Positions 27,644-36,549 of a DNA stretch of 64,000 nt are shown here, one piece after another. The notes beneath the pieces were generated by a model. That model was not told the DNA's origin. It saw nothing but the letters and a program-made list of their open reading frames with translations, and searched no databases. The stretch's first letter is position 1; each line of letters opens with the position of its first letter. Source of the DNA: Thermoplasmata archaeon. Lineage in GTDB: Archaea > Thermoplasmatota > E2 > JACPAO01 > JAHFTW01. The stretch covers positions 64,001-128,000 of the forward strand of contig JAXDQS010000003.1 of assembly GCA_034667725.1 (NCBI GenBank), given 5' to 3'. The translations under genes were made by a program, and so were the position numbers.

Positions 27644-28492
27644 CTACGCTTCGCCAGTGCAGACGACGAGCAGCGTGAACTCCTGCTGCGCGACCAAGTC
27701 GCCGCTGCCCGGGCCCACTTGCCAGTCGTGCAGGCCGGGCAGGACGGCGGCTTGCAGCTGGAGGTCGGGGCCGCCAGTGGCGTTCGCGATTTCCTTGCCG
27801 TCGCGCCCCAGCCAAAGCTGAAGGGTCTCGGCCCCGCCCGGCGCAGGCGTCCAGCCGAGCGTCAGCGTGCATTGAGCCGAGTCCTGGGGCGCCACGAACT
27901 CGCCGAGCCTGTCCGACGCGGGCAGAAAGCCGATGCCGAACGCCGTGCCAGCCAGGGTGCCGTTGAACGAGGCGCGGTAGGTCTCCGCCGGCGTGTCGGC
28001 GTCGCGCGACGAGCCCGGCGCCACGATGTCCTTGAAGCCGCCGGCCACCAGCAGCGCGACCACGCCGAACAGCGCGACCATCGCGACCACGGCGATGATG
28101 GCGCCCTTGCCGTTCTTGGAGGGCGGCGGAGGCGGCGGCACGACGGCCTTGCGGCTGGCCGTGCGCGCGGGCGCGGCGCCCGTGGCGGTTTCGGCAGGGG
28201 CGCCGCGCGCGGCGATGCTGCGCTCCAGGGCGCGGCGGCCGCGGGCGCCGCCGCCGGCCAAGAGCACGGCCGCGACGATGGCAAGCAGCAGGCCGGCGCC
28301 GGCGCCGATGAGGCCGTACAGGACCATCTGCTGGTTGATGTCGCCCTCCTGGCCGTCGTAGAACGGGCCCTTGTCGCGGTTGTCGCTTTCCTGGACGTAG
28401 CCGGTCGCCGCCGCGGCCAGGCCGCCGAGCACCAGCACGCACCCGAGGACCAGGAAAATCCCGCCAAACGTCTTGAGCACGCCGCCTGCCAT
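27644..28492 (-). CDS. Hypothetical membrane protein with C-terminal beta-sandwich-like domain
   Basis: ATG 28492; three TM helices, Pro/Arg linker, beta-rich tail. Confidence 0.65.
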   Translation of the reverse strand: MAGGVLKTFGGIFLVLGCVLVLGGLAAAATGYVQESDNRDKGPFYDGQEGDINQQMVLYGLIGAGAGLLLAIVAAVLLAGGGARGRRALERSIAARGAPAETATGAAPARTASRKAVVPPPPPPSKNGKGAIIAVVAMVALFGVVALLVAGGFKDIVAPGSSRDADTPAETYRASFNGTLAGTAFGIGFLPASDRLGEFVAPQDSAQCTLTLGWTPAPGGAETLQLWLGRDGKEIANATGGPDLQLQAAVLPGLHDWQVGPGSGDLVAQQEFTLLVVCTGEA

Positions 28493-28544
28493 TGGCCGGC
28501 CAGACCGGGGTGGGGTCAAAAAGGGCAGGGCTGGTGCGCGCCCC

Positions 28545-30428
28545 ATGCAGGTCCGCAAGGTCACGGTCGTGGGCGCCGGCAACATGGGCTCCGGCATCGC
28601 GCAGGCGTTCGCCGCCGGCGGCTTCGAGGTCACGGTCAACGACGTGTCGCAGGAGGCCATCGCCCGCGGGCTGGAGCGCGTCCGCAAGCCGCTCGAGAAG
28701 CGGGTCGCCGACGGCAAGATGCCCGCCGCCGAGCTGGACGGGCTCATGGGCCGGCTGCGCGCCGAGCCCGACCTGGGCAAGGCGGTCGCCGACGCCGACC
28801 TGGTCGTCGAGGCCGTGTTCGAGGACCTCAAGGTCAAGCGGGACCTGTTCGCCCGGCTCGACGCCGCCGCGCCCGCCAAGGCCGTGCTCGCGACCAACAC
28901 CTCCAGCTTCTACGTCCGCGACCTCGCCGCCGCCACCAAGCGCCCCGACCGCGTCGTCGGATTGCACTTCTTCTTCCCCGCCGCCGTCAACAAGCTGGTC
29001 GAGGTCGTCCAGGCCGACGGCACCAGCCCCGCCGCCTTCCAGGCCGTGTGGGACGCCGCCAAGCGCGCCGGCAAGCTGCCGATCCGCACCGCCGACGCGC
29101 CTGGCTTCGCGGTCAACCGCTTCTTCGTGCCCTGGGTCAACGAGGCCTGCCGCCTGCTGGACGAAGGGGTCGCCGACATCCCCACCATCGAGGCCGCCGC
29201 CAAGGAGGCGTTCCAGATCTCGATGGGCCCGTTCGAACTCATGAACGTCACCGGCGTCCCGATCAGCCTGCACGCCCAGTCGACGCTGCACCGCGAGCTG
29301 GGCGCGTTCTACCAGCCCGCCCAAGCCCTTGTGGGCCAAGTGGAGAAGAAGGCGAACTGGGACCTTGCCGGCGTTCCCGCCGAAGCCAAGAAGGCAGCCG
29401 TCGCCGCCCGCCTGCGGGGGGTTGCCTTCGGCATCGCCTGCCACCTTGTTGCGGACGGGGTCGCCACCCGGCGCGACACCGACCGCGGCGCCACCGTCGG
29501 CCTGCGCTGGGCCGCGGGGCCGTTCGCTATTATTAACCGCCTGGGCACCGCGCAGGCCGCCGCCGAGGTCGGCGCCCTCGCCAAGAAGTGGGGCGCCGCG
29601 TTCCCGATGCCCGCCACCCTCGCCAGCCTCAAGGGCGCGCCGTGGCCGATGCCGGCCGTCGTCCACGAGCTCCTCGACGACGGCCGCGTCGCGCTCGTCA
29701 CGTTCGACCGCCCCGAGGCGCTCAACGCCCTCAGCCCGCCCGTGCTGCGGGACCTTGATGCCTGCCTCGACGCCATCGACAAGGCCGGCACCGTGCGCGC
29801 CGTCGTCCTCACCGGCGAAGGCAAGGCGTTCATCGCCGGCGCCGACATCCCCACGATGCGCGCCATGGACGCCGCCGGCGCCAAGGCCTACACCGAGCTG
29901 GGCAACCGCGTCCTCGACCGGCTGGCGGGCCTGCCCTGCCCGGTCCTGGTGGCGGTCAACGGCTTCGCCTTCGGCGGCGGGCTGGAGCTGGCGCTGTGCG
30001 GCGACCTGCTGTACGCCTCCGACAAGGCGCAGCTCGGCCTGCCCGAGGTGGGCCTCGGCATCCACCCGGGCTTCGGCGGCACCCAGCGCCTGCCTCGCCG
30101 CGTCGGCCTCGGCGCCGCCAAGGAGCTGACGTTCACGGGCCGGACCCTGAGCGCCGCGGAGGCGAAGGCGATCGGCCTGGTCAACGACGTCAAGCCCGCC
30201 GGCGACCTGTTGGAGTTCGTCCTCGGAGTGGCGCGCACGGTCGCCCAGAAGGCGCCGCTCGCGGTGGCCGGCGCCAAGCGCAGCATGGACCGCGGCCTGG
30301 GCGCGGACCTGCCCACCGGGCTGCGCATCGAACAGGACTCCGTCGTCCTGCTGTTTGCGACCAAGGACAAGCAGGAAGGCCTGGACGCGTTCGTGGAGAA
30401 GCGGGCGCCAAGGTTCGTCGGGAAGTAG
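28545..30428 (+). CDS. Bifunctional 3-hydroxyacyl-CoA dehydrogenase / enoyl-CoA hydratase (archaeal domain order)
   Basis: GAGNMG, EAVFE, TNTSS, GLHFF and PGFAVNR, then FIAGADI, GGGLE and LPEV. Confidence 0.93.
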   Translation: MQVRKVTVVGAGNMGSGIAQAFAAGGFEVTVNDVSQEAIARGLERVRKPLEKRVADGKMPAAELDGLMGRLRAEPDLGKAVADADLVVEAVFEDLKVKRDLFARLDAAAPAKAVLATNTSSFYVRDLAAATKRPDRVVGLHFFFPAAVNKLVEVVQADGTSPAAFQAVWDAAKRAGKLPIRTADAPGFAVNRFFVPWVNEACRLLDEGVADIPTIEAAAKEAFQISMGPFELMNVTGVPISLHAQSTLHRELGAFYQPAQALVGQVEKKANWDLAGVPAEAKKAAVAARLRGVAFGIACHLVADGVATRRDTDRGATVGLRWAAGPFAIINRLGTAQAAAEVGALAKKWGAAFPMPATLASLKGAPWPMPAVVHELLDDGRVALVTFDRPEALNALSPPVLRDLDACLDAIDKAGTVRAVVLTGEGKAFIAGADIPTMRAMDAAGAKAYTELGNRVLDRLAGLPCPVLVAVNGFAFGGGLELALCGDLLYASDKAQLGLPEVGLGIHPGFGGTQRLPRRVGLGAAKELTFTGRTLSAAEAKAIGLVNDVKPAGDLLEFVLGVARTVAQKAPLAVAGAKRSMDRGLGADLPTGLRIEQDSVVLLFATKDKQEGLDAFVEKRAPRFVGK

Positions 30429-30466
30429 CCGCCAGGCGCCGAGCCGCTTCGCCAGGCGAAGGACCT

Positions 30467-30493
30467 AGGGAAGAAGGAAAGGAGAAGGGGGAG
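30467..30493 (-). terminator. Polypyrimidine tract, putative terminator of the r-protein/rpoN operon
   Basis: 27-nt pure-purine run on + (C/T on the coding strand) immediately after the rpoN stop. Confidence 0.4.
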
Positions 30494-30500
30494 TGCCAGC

Positions 30501-30692
30501 CTACTCGTACGGCGCGGCTTCCTTGATCAGGTCCACGTGCGAGATGAGCATCCTGCGGCAGCAGAAGCGCGTCAGCCCGGTGGCGTCGAGCGCCTCCTTG
30601 GACTTCTTGCCCTTCGCGACCGCCTGGGTGTACTGCTCGTACGCGGAGCCGACGACCTTGCCGCACGTGAAGCAGCGAACCGGAATGATCAT
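30501..30692 (-). CDS. rpoN: DNA-directed RNA polymerase subunit N (Rpo10)
   Basis: MIIPVRCFTCGKV...RFCCRRML; SD AGGTGA. Confidence 0.96.
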   Translation of the reverse strand: MIIPVRCFTCGKVVGSAYEQYTQAVAKGKKSKEALDATGLTRFCCRRMLISHVDLIKEAAPYE

Positions 30693-30696
30693 CCGG

Positions 30697-31101
30697 TCAC
30701 CTGTAGGACTTCTGGCGCTTCTTGCGGGCGCCGCGGCCGAGGGGCTTCTTGCTCTCCTTGACGCGCGTGTCGTTGACAAGCAGGGTGCGGTCGTACGCCA
30801 GGTACTGCTCCTTGAGCTCGGCGTCCTCGGTGTACTCGAGGATGGCGCGGGCGATGGCGGTGCGGACCGCGTCGGCCTGGCCCATGATGCCGCCGCCGCT
30901 GACGGAGACCTGGATGTCCAGCTTCTCCGCCTTCTTGCCGGCGATGAAGACGGGCTCGCCCATCTTCATGCGCACGAGGGCGGGCTCGACGATCTCGAGG
31001 GGGACGCGGTTGACGCGGATCTTGCCGTCGCCCTTGAGGGCGGTGGCGCGGGCGACCGCGGTCTTGCGCTTGCCGGAGGTGTTGACGACTTTCTTGGCCA
31101 T
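30697..31101 (-). CDS. rps9: 30S ribosomal protein S9
   Basis: SGKRKTAVARA, GGGIMGQADA, YDRTLLV, GARKKRQKSYR. Confidence 0.97.
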   Translation of the reverse strand: MAKKVVNTSGKRKTAVARATALKGDGKIRVNRVPLEIVEPALVRMKMGEPVFIAGKKAEKLDIQVSVSGGGIMGQADAVRTAIARAILEYTEDAELKEQYLAYDRTLLVNDTRVKESKKPLGRGARKKRQKSYR

Positions 31102-31104
31102 GGG

Positions 31105-31593
31105 TTACGCCTCCACGAGCTTCTGGGCGCGGTTGCTGCCGAGCCAGCCGGAGATCTCCGCCACCGTGAGGTAGGTGCGGGCGGCGCGCTTGGCGGCCGG
31201 CAGGTCGAGGGCCTTCTGGCCCGCCAGTTCCTTGGGGACGCCGATGTGCGCCTTGATGCGCTTGTAGGCGGCGCGGCCGGCGGACGACTGGTAGTTGATC
31301 ATGCCGCGGCAGGTGCGCTTGACCATGAGGTGGGGCTCGCGGGGGAAGAACGGGCCCTTGCGCATGGTGCCGACGTGGCGCTTCTGGAGGTAGTGCTCCT
31401 GGATCGCCTTCTTGCTCGAGCCCACGACGATGGCGCGCTCGGCGTTGACGATGTGGACCTCGTCGCCCTCGATGGCGTGCTTGGCCACGTGGGTGGCCAT
31501 GCGGCCGAGGACCAGGCCGGTGGCGTCGATGACGACGACGTTGCGGGTGGTGCCGATGGTGGGCACGGGATTGTAGTGCTTGGCTCCGGACAT
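31105..31593 (-). CDS. rpl13: 50S ribosomal protein L13
   Basis: IDATGLVLGRMA, NAERA, KGPFFPREP, RGMI. Confidence 0.95.
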   Translation of the reverse strand: MSGAKHYNPVPTIGTTRNVVVIDATGLVLGRMATHVAKHAIEGDEVHIVNAERAIVVGSSKKAIQEHYLQKRHVGTMRKGPFFPREPHLMVKRTCRGMINYQSSAGRAAYKRIKAHIGVPKELAGQKALDLPAAKRAARTYLTVAEISGWLGSNRAQKLVEA

Positions 31594-31597
31594 CAAA

Positions 31598-31966
31598 TCA
31601 CCCGAGGATCCTGCAGTTCTGGCCCTTCGGGAAGCTCTTGACGCCCTCGCTGAGGGTCAGGACCTTGCCGCCGGCCTTGGCGATCTTGGCCTTCGCGGAC
31701 GCGGAGGCGCTGAACGCGATGACGGTCACGGCCTTCGTGACCTCGCCGTCGCCCAGGAGCTTGCCGGCGATGACGGCGTTCTCGCCGTCGCGCAGGTTCT
31801 CGTTCAGCTTGCTGACGTTGACCTGTGCCCAGTTGCGCGACGGCTTCTCCAAGCGGGAAGCGATGTCTCGCCACAGGGGGGCCTCGTTCGAGCGGCCTGC
31901 GGTGTACAGGTCGCCGATCAGGGCCACGAGCACAGGGTTCGACTTGCGGTCGACTCCAGTTGCCAT
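31598..31966 (-). CDS. rpl18e: 50S ribosomal protein L18e
   Basis: KSNPVL, PLWRDIASRL, VNVSKL, GKLLGDG, AKAKIAKAGG. Confidence 0.95.
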   Translation of the reverse strand: MATGVDRKSNPVLVALIGDLYTAGRSNEAPLWRDIASRLEKPSRNWAQVNVSKLNENLRDGENAVIAGKLLGDGEVTKAVTVIAFSASASAKAKIAKAGGKVLTLSEGVKSFPKGQNCRILG

Positions 31967-32143
31967 TGTGACTCACACTCGACATTGCGCCGGTCGGTGC
32001 TCCCAGGGGAAACCCCGCCGGCCTGGCGGCCGACACGCGGGAGGTATATGAGCCAAAGGGTTGGCGGGCAGGTCGCGCCGGCTGCTGCGCGATCCATGAG
32101 CTTCCGGTTCGTCCGCTGCCGTCGCCAGATGGGCAAATGACTT

Positions 32144-32884
32144 CTAGGCGCACTGCCGCAACAACGGGGTTGCCACGGTGACTGGGGCATGATCGATGCG
32201 TGGCGTCACATGGACTTCAATGGCACTGTTTTCGGGGCCGACCGAGAACGAGTGCTTGACGCGTGCGTTGCCATGCGCTTCATCAAGCAAGAATCGCTTG
32301 TCCTGGAACCGCATTTCGTGCACGCCTGATGGCGGATTGGTGGGCCGCCAATAGATGCGATCATGGACGATGGGCGCCGTCAGGTTTGCCTCAATGGACA
32401 CATCGTACACGAACACGGTGGCCGTGAGCGGCTGGGTCATCTCGTAGCCGCGGTCGGTGACGACAGCGACGTTGCTGGCCGATGTTGAAAAATTGTACAC
32501 GTCTCGCTGCGACGCTTGCTCCAAGACCAGGTAGCCTCCCCGAATCGGCTGACGTCCCAAATCGAACTCGAATGCGACGGGGCTTGCAGTGGACCCGGAG
32601 AGGGCTGGGAGGCGATGGTGCAGGCTCCACTCGAACGCTGGCTCGGCGGTCGAGAAGAAGCATCGCCAACCCATGGGATTGAATGCAGCCGCGTCGAGGC
32701 TTTGGGCCACCTCCGGCGGGTATGCGATGCACTCGCCGGGGGCGTCTCCATCGCACGCCGCGTACTCGTCCAACCACGCCAGCGCTTCACCGGGGTTGTC
32801 CGGGGTTGTCGTGCATCCGGCGAAAGCCGCGAACATCAACAGAAGCACCAGTGCGGCTCCGCGCCCTGGCTCGGCCGGTCTCAT
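32144..32884 (-). CDS. Hypothetical lipoprotein (AT-richer islet)
   Basis: Lipobox FAGC; many A/T-ending codons; abuts the upstream stop. Confidence 0.65.
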   Translation of the reverse strand: MRPAEPGRGAALVLLLMFAAFAGCTTTPDNPGEALAWLDEYAACDGDAPGECIAYPPEVAQSLDAAAFNPMGWRCFFSTAEPAFEWSLHHRLPALSGSTASPVAFEFDLGRQPIRGGYLVLEQASQRDVYNFSTSASNVAVVTDRGYEMTQPLTATVFVYDVSIEANLTAPIVHDRIYWRPTNPPSGVHEMRFQDKRFLLDEAHGNARVKHSFSVGPENSAIEVHVTPRIDHAPVTVATPLLRQCA

Positions 32885-34000
32885 CTAGGCAACGCCTCGC
32901 CAAGCCAGGAGCGGCTTGACGTAAATGGTCGACGTTCCGCCTGGACCAACGCATCCGTTGGCCAGCGCCGGTCCCGTCGCCGTGGACATGGCCGCCGTCC
33001 CGGCTCTGGTTCCCACCCAGGGAGCCGCGCTGCAACCAGCAGATTGCGAACGGACGGCTTGGCTAGCGAGTTGGACGCTGACGGCGTCCGCCTCGACATC
33101 GTCGGCCAACTTCTCACACGCGGCGGACGCCCTCGCCAGGATGGCGGTTCCGGCATCCCCAATCTTCCAGGCGATGACGGGGGACATGGTGCCTGCCGCA
33201 GGAGCGGCGACGTTCCACGAGGCGTAGAGTTCGCTGGCGTCGGAGCGGAACAACTGCAACGTCGAGCCGTCAAGACCCACGACCTGCGTGCTGATGGCGT
33301 CCGCGGCCGTGCAGCCGCTCGAAATTGGAACGGAGCCCTCGGCCATGCAGGGGGTGCACAAGCCCGTTGGTCCGATGTATTTGAACAGCAGCTCGCTGTC
33401 GTATGTCGTGGAGCTGGTGCAGGCAATCGAGCCACCCAAGGTCATCTCGCCCTTGAAGGTCGGCCCATCCCAGATGCTGTACTCAAGCCCAACCGTGACG
33501 TCCCAGTGGAATTCGACAGTGCAGGAGTCTGCGCCGGCCGAGCCGACGGTCCCCGCGTTGACTTCCACGGTCGCCCCTGCCATCGCGGCGCCCAGATGGT
33601 AGCAGGTCGCGGACTGGTAGCCGATGCCGCGGGCGATGTCCGCAAGAAGGCCATCCATCTCGAAGCCAATGCCGTAGGCGTCCGGGCCAACGATGATGGC
33701 GCCGGGGGCCAGGCTCCAACTCGCGTAGACATCGGACTGCCAACCGCCGAGGACGACCGGCTCGACGGGTTGGACCTGGAAGAGTTGGAACCAGCTTCCG
33801 CCGGGGCCGTAAATCTTGGACGTGATGGGATAGGCCAACTTGCCCGCTCCAGCGTCGCAGGTGTTCGTCGCGCCGATCGGGTCGGCCGACACGGGCATCG
33901 CCACCCCCGCGAGAATCAGCAGAGAGGATAGCCCGAGGGGTAGGACACGCCGGGGCACTGGAGAGAACTTGGATCTCAGGGTTCTGGATGGGGTGGTCAT
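32885..34000 (-). CDS. Hypothetical secreted Cys-containing protein with internal duplication (AT-richer islet)
   Basis: Signal peptide ..LSSLLILAGVAMPVSA; two similar halves. Confidence 0.65.
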   Translation of the reverse strand: MTTPSRTLRSKFSPVPRRVLPLGLSSLLILAGVAMPVSADPIGATNTCDAGAGKLAYPITSKIYGPGGSWFQLFQVQPVEPVVLGGWQSDVYASWSLAPGAIIVGPDAYGIGFEMDGLLADIARGIGYQSATCYHLGAAMAGATVEVNAGTVGSAGADSCTVEFHWDVTVGLEYSIWDGPTFKGEMTLGGSIACTSSTTYDSELLFKYIGPTGLCTPCMAEGSVPISSGCTAADAISTQVVGLDGSTLQLFRSDASELYASWNVAAPAAGTMSPVIAWKIGDAGTAILARASAACEKLADDVEADAVSVQLASQAVRSQSAGCSAAPWVGTRAGTAAMSTATGPALANGCVGPGGTSTIYVKPLLAWRGVA

Positions 34001-34108
34001 CCCATCGACGGCCTAACAATCTCGGTATTTCCATGTTATGGCTAATAACGGCACATTTGATGGTATTGAAACGACGTCCCGGCGACACCGCCATGGATGC
34101 GGCGGCCG

Positions 34109-34915
34109 CTAATGATGCCCCGCCACCGTGTCCCTTCCCCCAGGCCGTTCCGCCTCGATGGAGCGCAGCCCCCAGCGCTTCTGCCATGCCCGCGGGGGCC
34201 GGTAGGCCATGAGGATCGCCAAGCCGCCGAGCACGGTCAGCATGCGTGAAACATACTGCCACGCCTCGGAGCTGGCGGCGCCCGTGCTGGCTTGCAGGGC
34301 GCTGGCGACCAGCGAGGCGCCGAACCAGACGACGATGCTGCCGGCCACCATGGCGATGCGGTAGCGCTGGGTGTTGTCCTGCGCCTTGCGGTAGAGGCCC
34401 GCGTAGGCCAGGGCGGCCGCGACCTGGGGGCCGATCAGGAGCACGACGAACGCCAGGGCGACGGCGGGGTTGTAGTCCACCTTGGGCAGGCGGGTGATGG
34501 TCCAGCCGTTGTCGGCGAGCTGGGTGGGGGGGCCGATCTGGTAGAGGAGGGCCACGACCCAGCCATACATGACGATGTAGAGCACCACGAGGGAGGCCAG
34601 GTAGCGCTTGTTGCCCGTGTAGAGGTAGATCAGGTAGTACAGCAGGCCGAGCAGGCCGGAGAGCAGCACCAGGAGGGCGACCTGGGTGATGGCTTGGTAG
34701 AGCCAGATCTCCAGCCGGCCCGTCATGTGCAGCACGTTGGTGGCGACGGTGAGGGCGCTGGTGGCGGCCAGGGCGTACCACCACAGCACGAACATGCCGT
34801 GGGCGACCTTGGCGTCCTCGGAGACGCGGCGGGCCTGGAGGCGCCAGCCGACGTAGGCGTAGAGCAGGCCGGTGAGGGCCGAGAACCCCGTGGCCATCAC
34901 GAAGGTGGTCAGCAT
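34109..34915 (-). CDS. Stand-alone 7-TM membrane protein (HisKA_7TM-like putative sensor)
   Basis: ATG 34915, 2 nt after the kinase stop; seven hydrophobic helices. Confidence 0.8.
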   Translation of the reverse strand: MLTTFVMATGFSALTGLLYAYVGWRLQARRVSEDAKVAHGMFVLWWYALAATSALTVATNVLHMTGRLEIWLYQAITQVALLVLLSGLLGLLYYLIYLYTGNKRYLASLVVLYIVMYGWVVALLYQIGPPTQLADNGWTITRLPKVDYNPAVALAFVVLLIGPQVAAALAYAGLYRKAQDNTQRYRIAMVAGSIVVWFGASLVASALQASTGAASSEAWQYVSRMLTVLGGLAILMAYRPPRAWQKRWGLRSIEAERPGGRDTVAGHH

Positions 34916-34917
34916 CG

Positions 34918-36051
34918 TCAGATCAGCTCCCGGAGGCGGCGGGCCAGGGCGGTGGGGGAGCGCGGCTCGGCCTCGTGGACCACCAGGGTGGGGTTGGCGT
35001 GGGCCAAGGGCAGGCTGAAGCGGAAGCGGGCGCCTTTGCCGGGGCCGCCGGAGCGGACGGTGACGCGGCCGCCTTGGGCCTCGATGATGCCTTTGCAGAT
35101 GTAGAGGCCGAGGCCGGTGCCTTGGACCTTGAGCTGGTTGGGGTCGTGCACTTGGCTGAAGGGGCGGAACAGGCGGGAGATCTGCTCGGCGGTGAGGCCG
35201 GCGCCGGTGTCCTCGACGTCGACCTCGGCCATGCCGGCGATGCGGCGGGCGCGGACGGCGACCTGGCCGCCGGCGGGGGTGAACTTGATGGCGTTCGAGA
35301 GGAGGTTGAACAGCACTTGGAGGACCCGTTGGCGGTCGGCGTGGACGTGCAGGCGGGGGTCGATCGCGACCTGGTTGGTGAGCCCGACGCGGCGGGCGGT
35401 CTCGGAGTAGGAGTCGACGGCCTCGGCCACGGCCTCCTCGAGGGCCATGGGCTTGGGATCGATGGGCAGGCGGCCGGCCTCCAGGCGGGCCACGTCGAGG
35501 ATCTCGGTGACGAGGTCGGAGAGGCGCTTGACGTTGCGGCCCAGGACGTCGATGGCGTGCTTCTGCGGGGCCGTCATCTCGCCGAGCGCGCCGGAGAGCA
35601 GCAGGTGGGTCTGGAGCCGCAGCGGCGTCAGCGGGGTGTTGAGCTCGTGGGCCGCGATGTTGAGGAGGCGGGTCTTGAGGCGGTCGGCCTCCTGCAGGCG
35701 CTCCAGCTCGGACTGGCCGTCGTGGGGCCGGAACACCCACAGCTGCACCCGCTTGTCGTCCAGCTCGACCTCGCGGGGCACCAGGTCCACTTCCAGGAGC
35801 CCTTCCGGGCGCTCCAGGGTGATGGCGACCGTCTCCTGGCCGGCGCCGGCCATCCGGTCCAGCATCGCCTGGCGGTCGCGCGCCGGCATCAGGTCGCCGA
35901 TGAGGCGGCCTTCCAGGCTGGCCACCGTCTGGCCCAACAGCCGCGCCAGCGGGGCGTTGGCCGCAAGGATGGCGGACCCGTCGTGGGCCGCGATGGGGTC
36001 GGGGCTTGCCGCGAGGATGGCCCTGACCGGCGCTTCGGTGGAAGCCGGCAC
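34918..36051 (-). CDS. Soluble PAS-domain sensor histidine kinase
   Basis: PAS-like N-terminus; AAHELNTPLT, NLLSNAIKFT, DTGAG, LFRPF and GTGLGL. TATTTAT box about 25-30 nt upstream. Confidence 0.92.
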   Translation of the reverse strand: MPASTEAPVRAILAASPDPIAAHDGSAILAANAPLARLLGQTVASLEGRLIGDLMPARDRQAMLDRMAGAGQETVAITLERPEGLLEVDLVPREVELDDKRVQLWVFRPHDGQSELERLQEADRLKTRLLNIAAHELNTPLTPLRLQTHLLLSGALGEMTAPQKHAIDVLGRNVKRLSDLVTEILDVARLEAGRLPIDPKPMALEEAVAEAVDSYSETARRVGLTNQVAIDPRLHVHADRQRVLQVLFNLLSNAIKFTPAGGQVAVRARRIAGMAEVDVEDTGAGLTAEQISRLFRPFSQVHDPNQLKVQGTGLGLYICKGIIEAQGGRVTVRSGGPGKGARFRFSLPLAHANPTLVVHEAEPRSPTALARRLRELI

Positions 36052-36141
36052 GGGGTTCGATCCTGCCCTCGGTGCATAAATAGCATTGCCCGATTGGCTT
36101 TGTACTGCGGAGTGCGGACATCCGCAATCCCTGAGGCCCCC

Positions 36142-36549
36142 ATGCCGGAACCTATCCTGCAACTGAGCCAGCCAGGCCGCGTCCTGGTGGTGGACGACGA
36201 GCAGGACATCCTGGACTCGCTCAAGACCCTCCTCGAGAGCGCGCTCCCCGGGCTGGAATGCCTGATCGCGCCGTCCGGCGCCGAGGGGCTGCGGCTGCTG
36301 TCGCAAGGCGGCGTGGACATGGTCATCTCGGACTACAAGATGCCCGACATGAACGGCCTGCGCTTCCTGGAGCAGGCCCGCGCCATGGCCCCTGAGGTCC
36401 CCCGTCTCCTGATGACCGCCTTCCCGCACCTGGAAGTGGCCATCGAGGCCATCAACGAGGCCAGGGTCGAGGTCTTCCTGACCAAGCCCCTCGACCCCGA
36501 CAAGCTGCTGAAGGTCGTGGCCGAGAAGCTGAACGCGCGGGCTAAGTGA
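36142..36549 (+). CDS. Single-domain response regulator receiver
   Basis: VLVVDDE, ISDYKMPDMNG, LMTA, TKP. Confidence 0.92.
   Translation: MPEPILQLSQPGRVLVVDDEQDILDSLKTLLESALPGLECLIAPSGAEGLRLLSQGGVDMVISDYKMPDMNGLRFLEQARAMAPEVPRLLMTAFPHLEVAIEAINEARVEVFLTKPLDPDKLLKVVAEKLNARAK

Noticed and set aside
34109-34915. Microbial rhodopsin
   Set aside because: Seven TM helices are present, but there is no DxxxK retinal-binding Lys in helix 7 and no RYxDW motif in helix 3.
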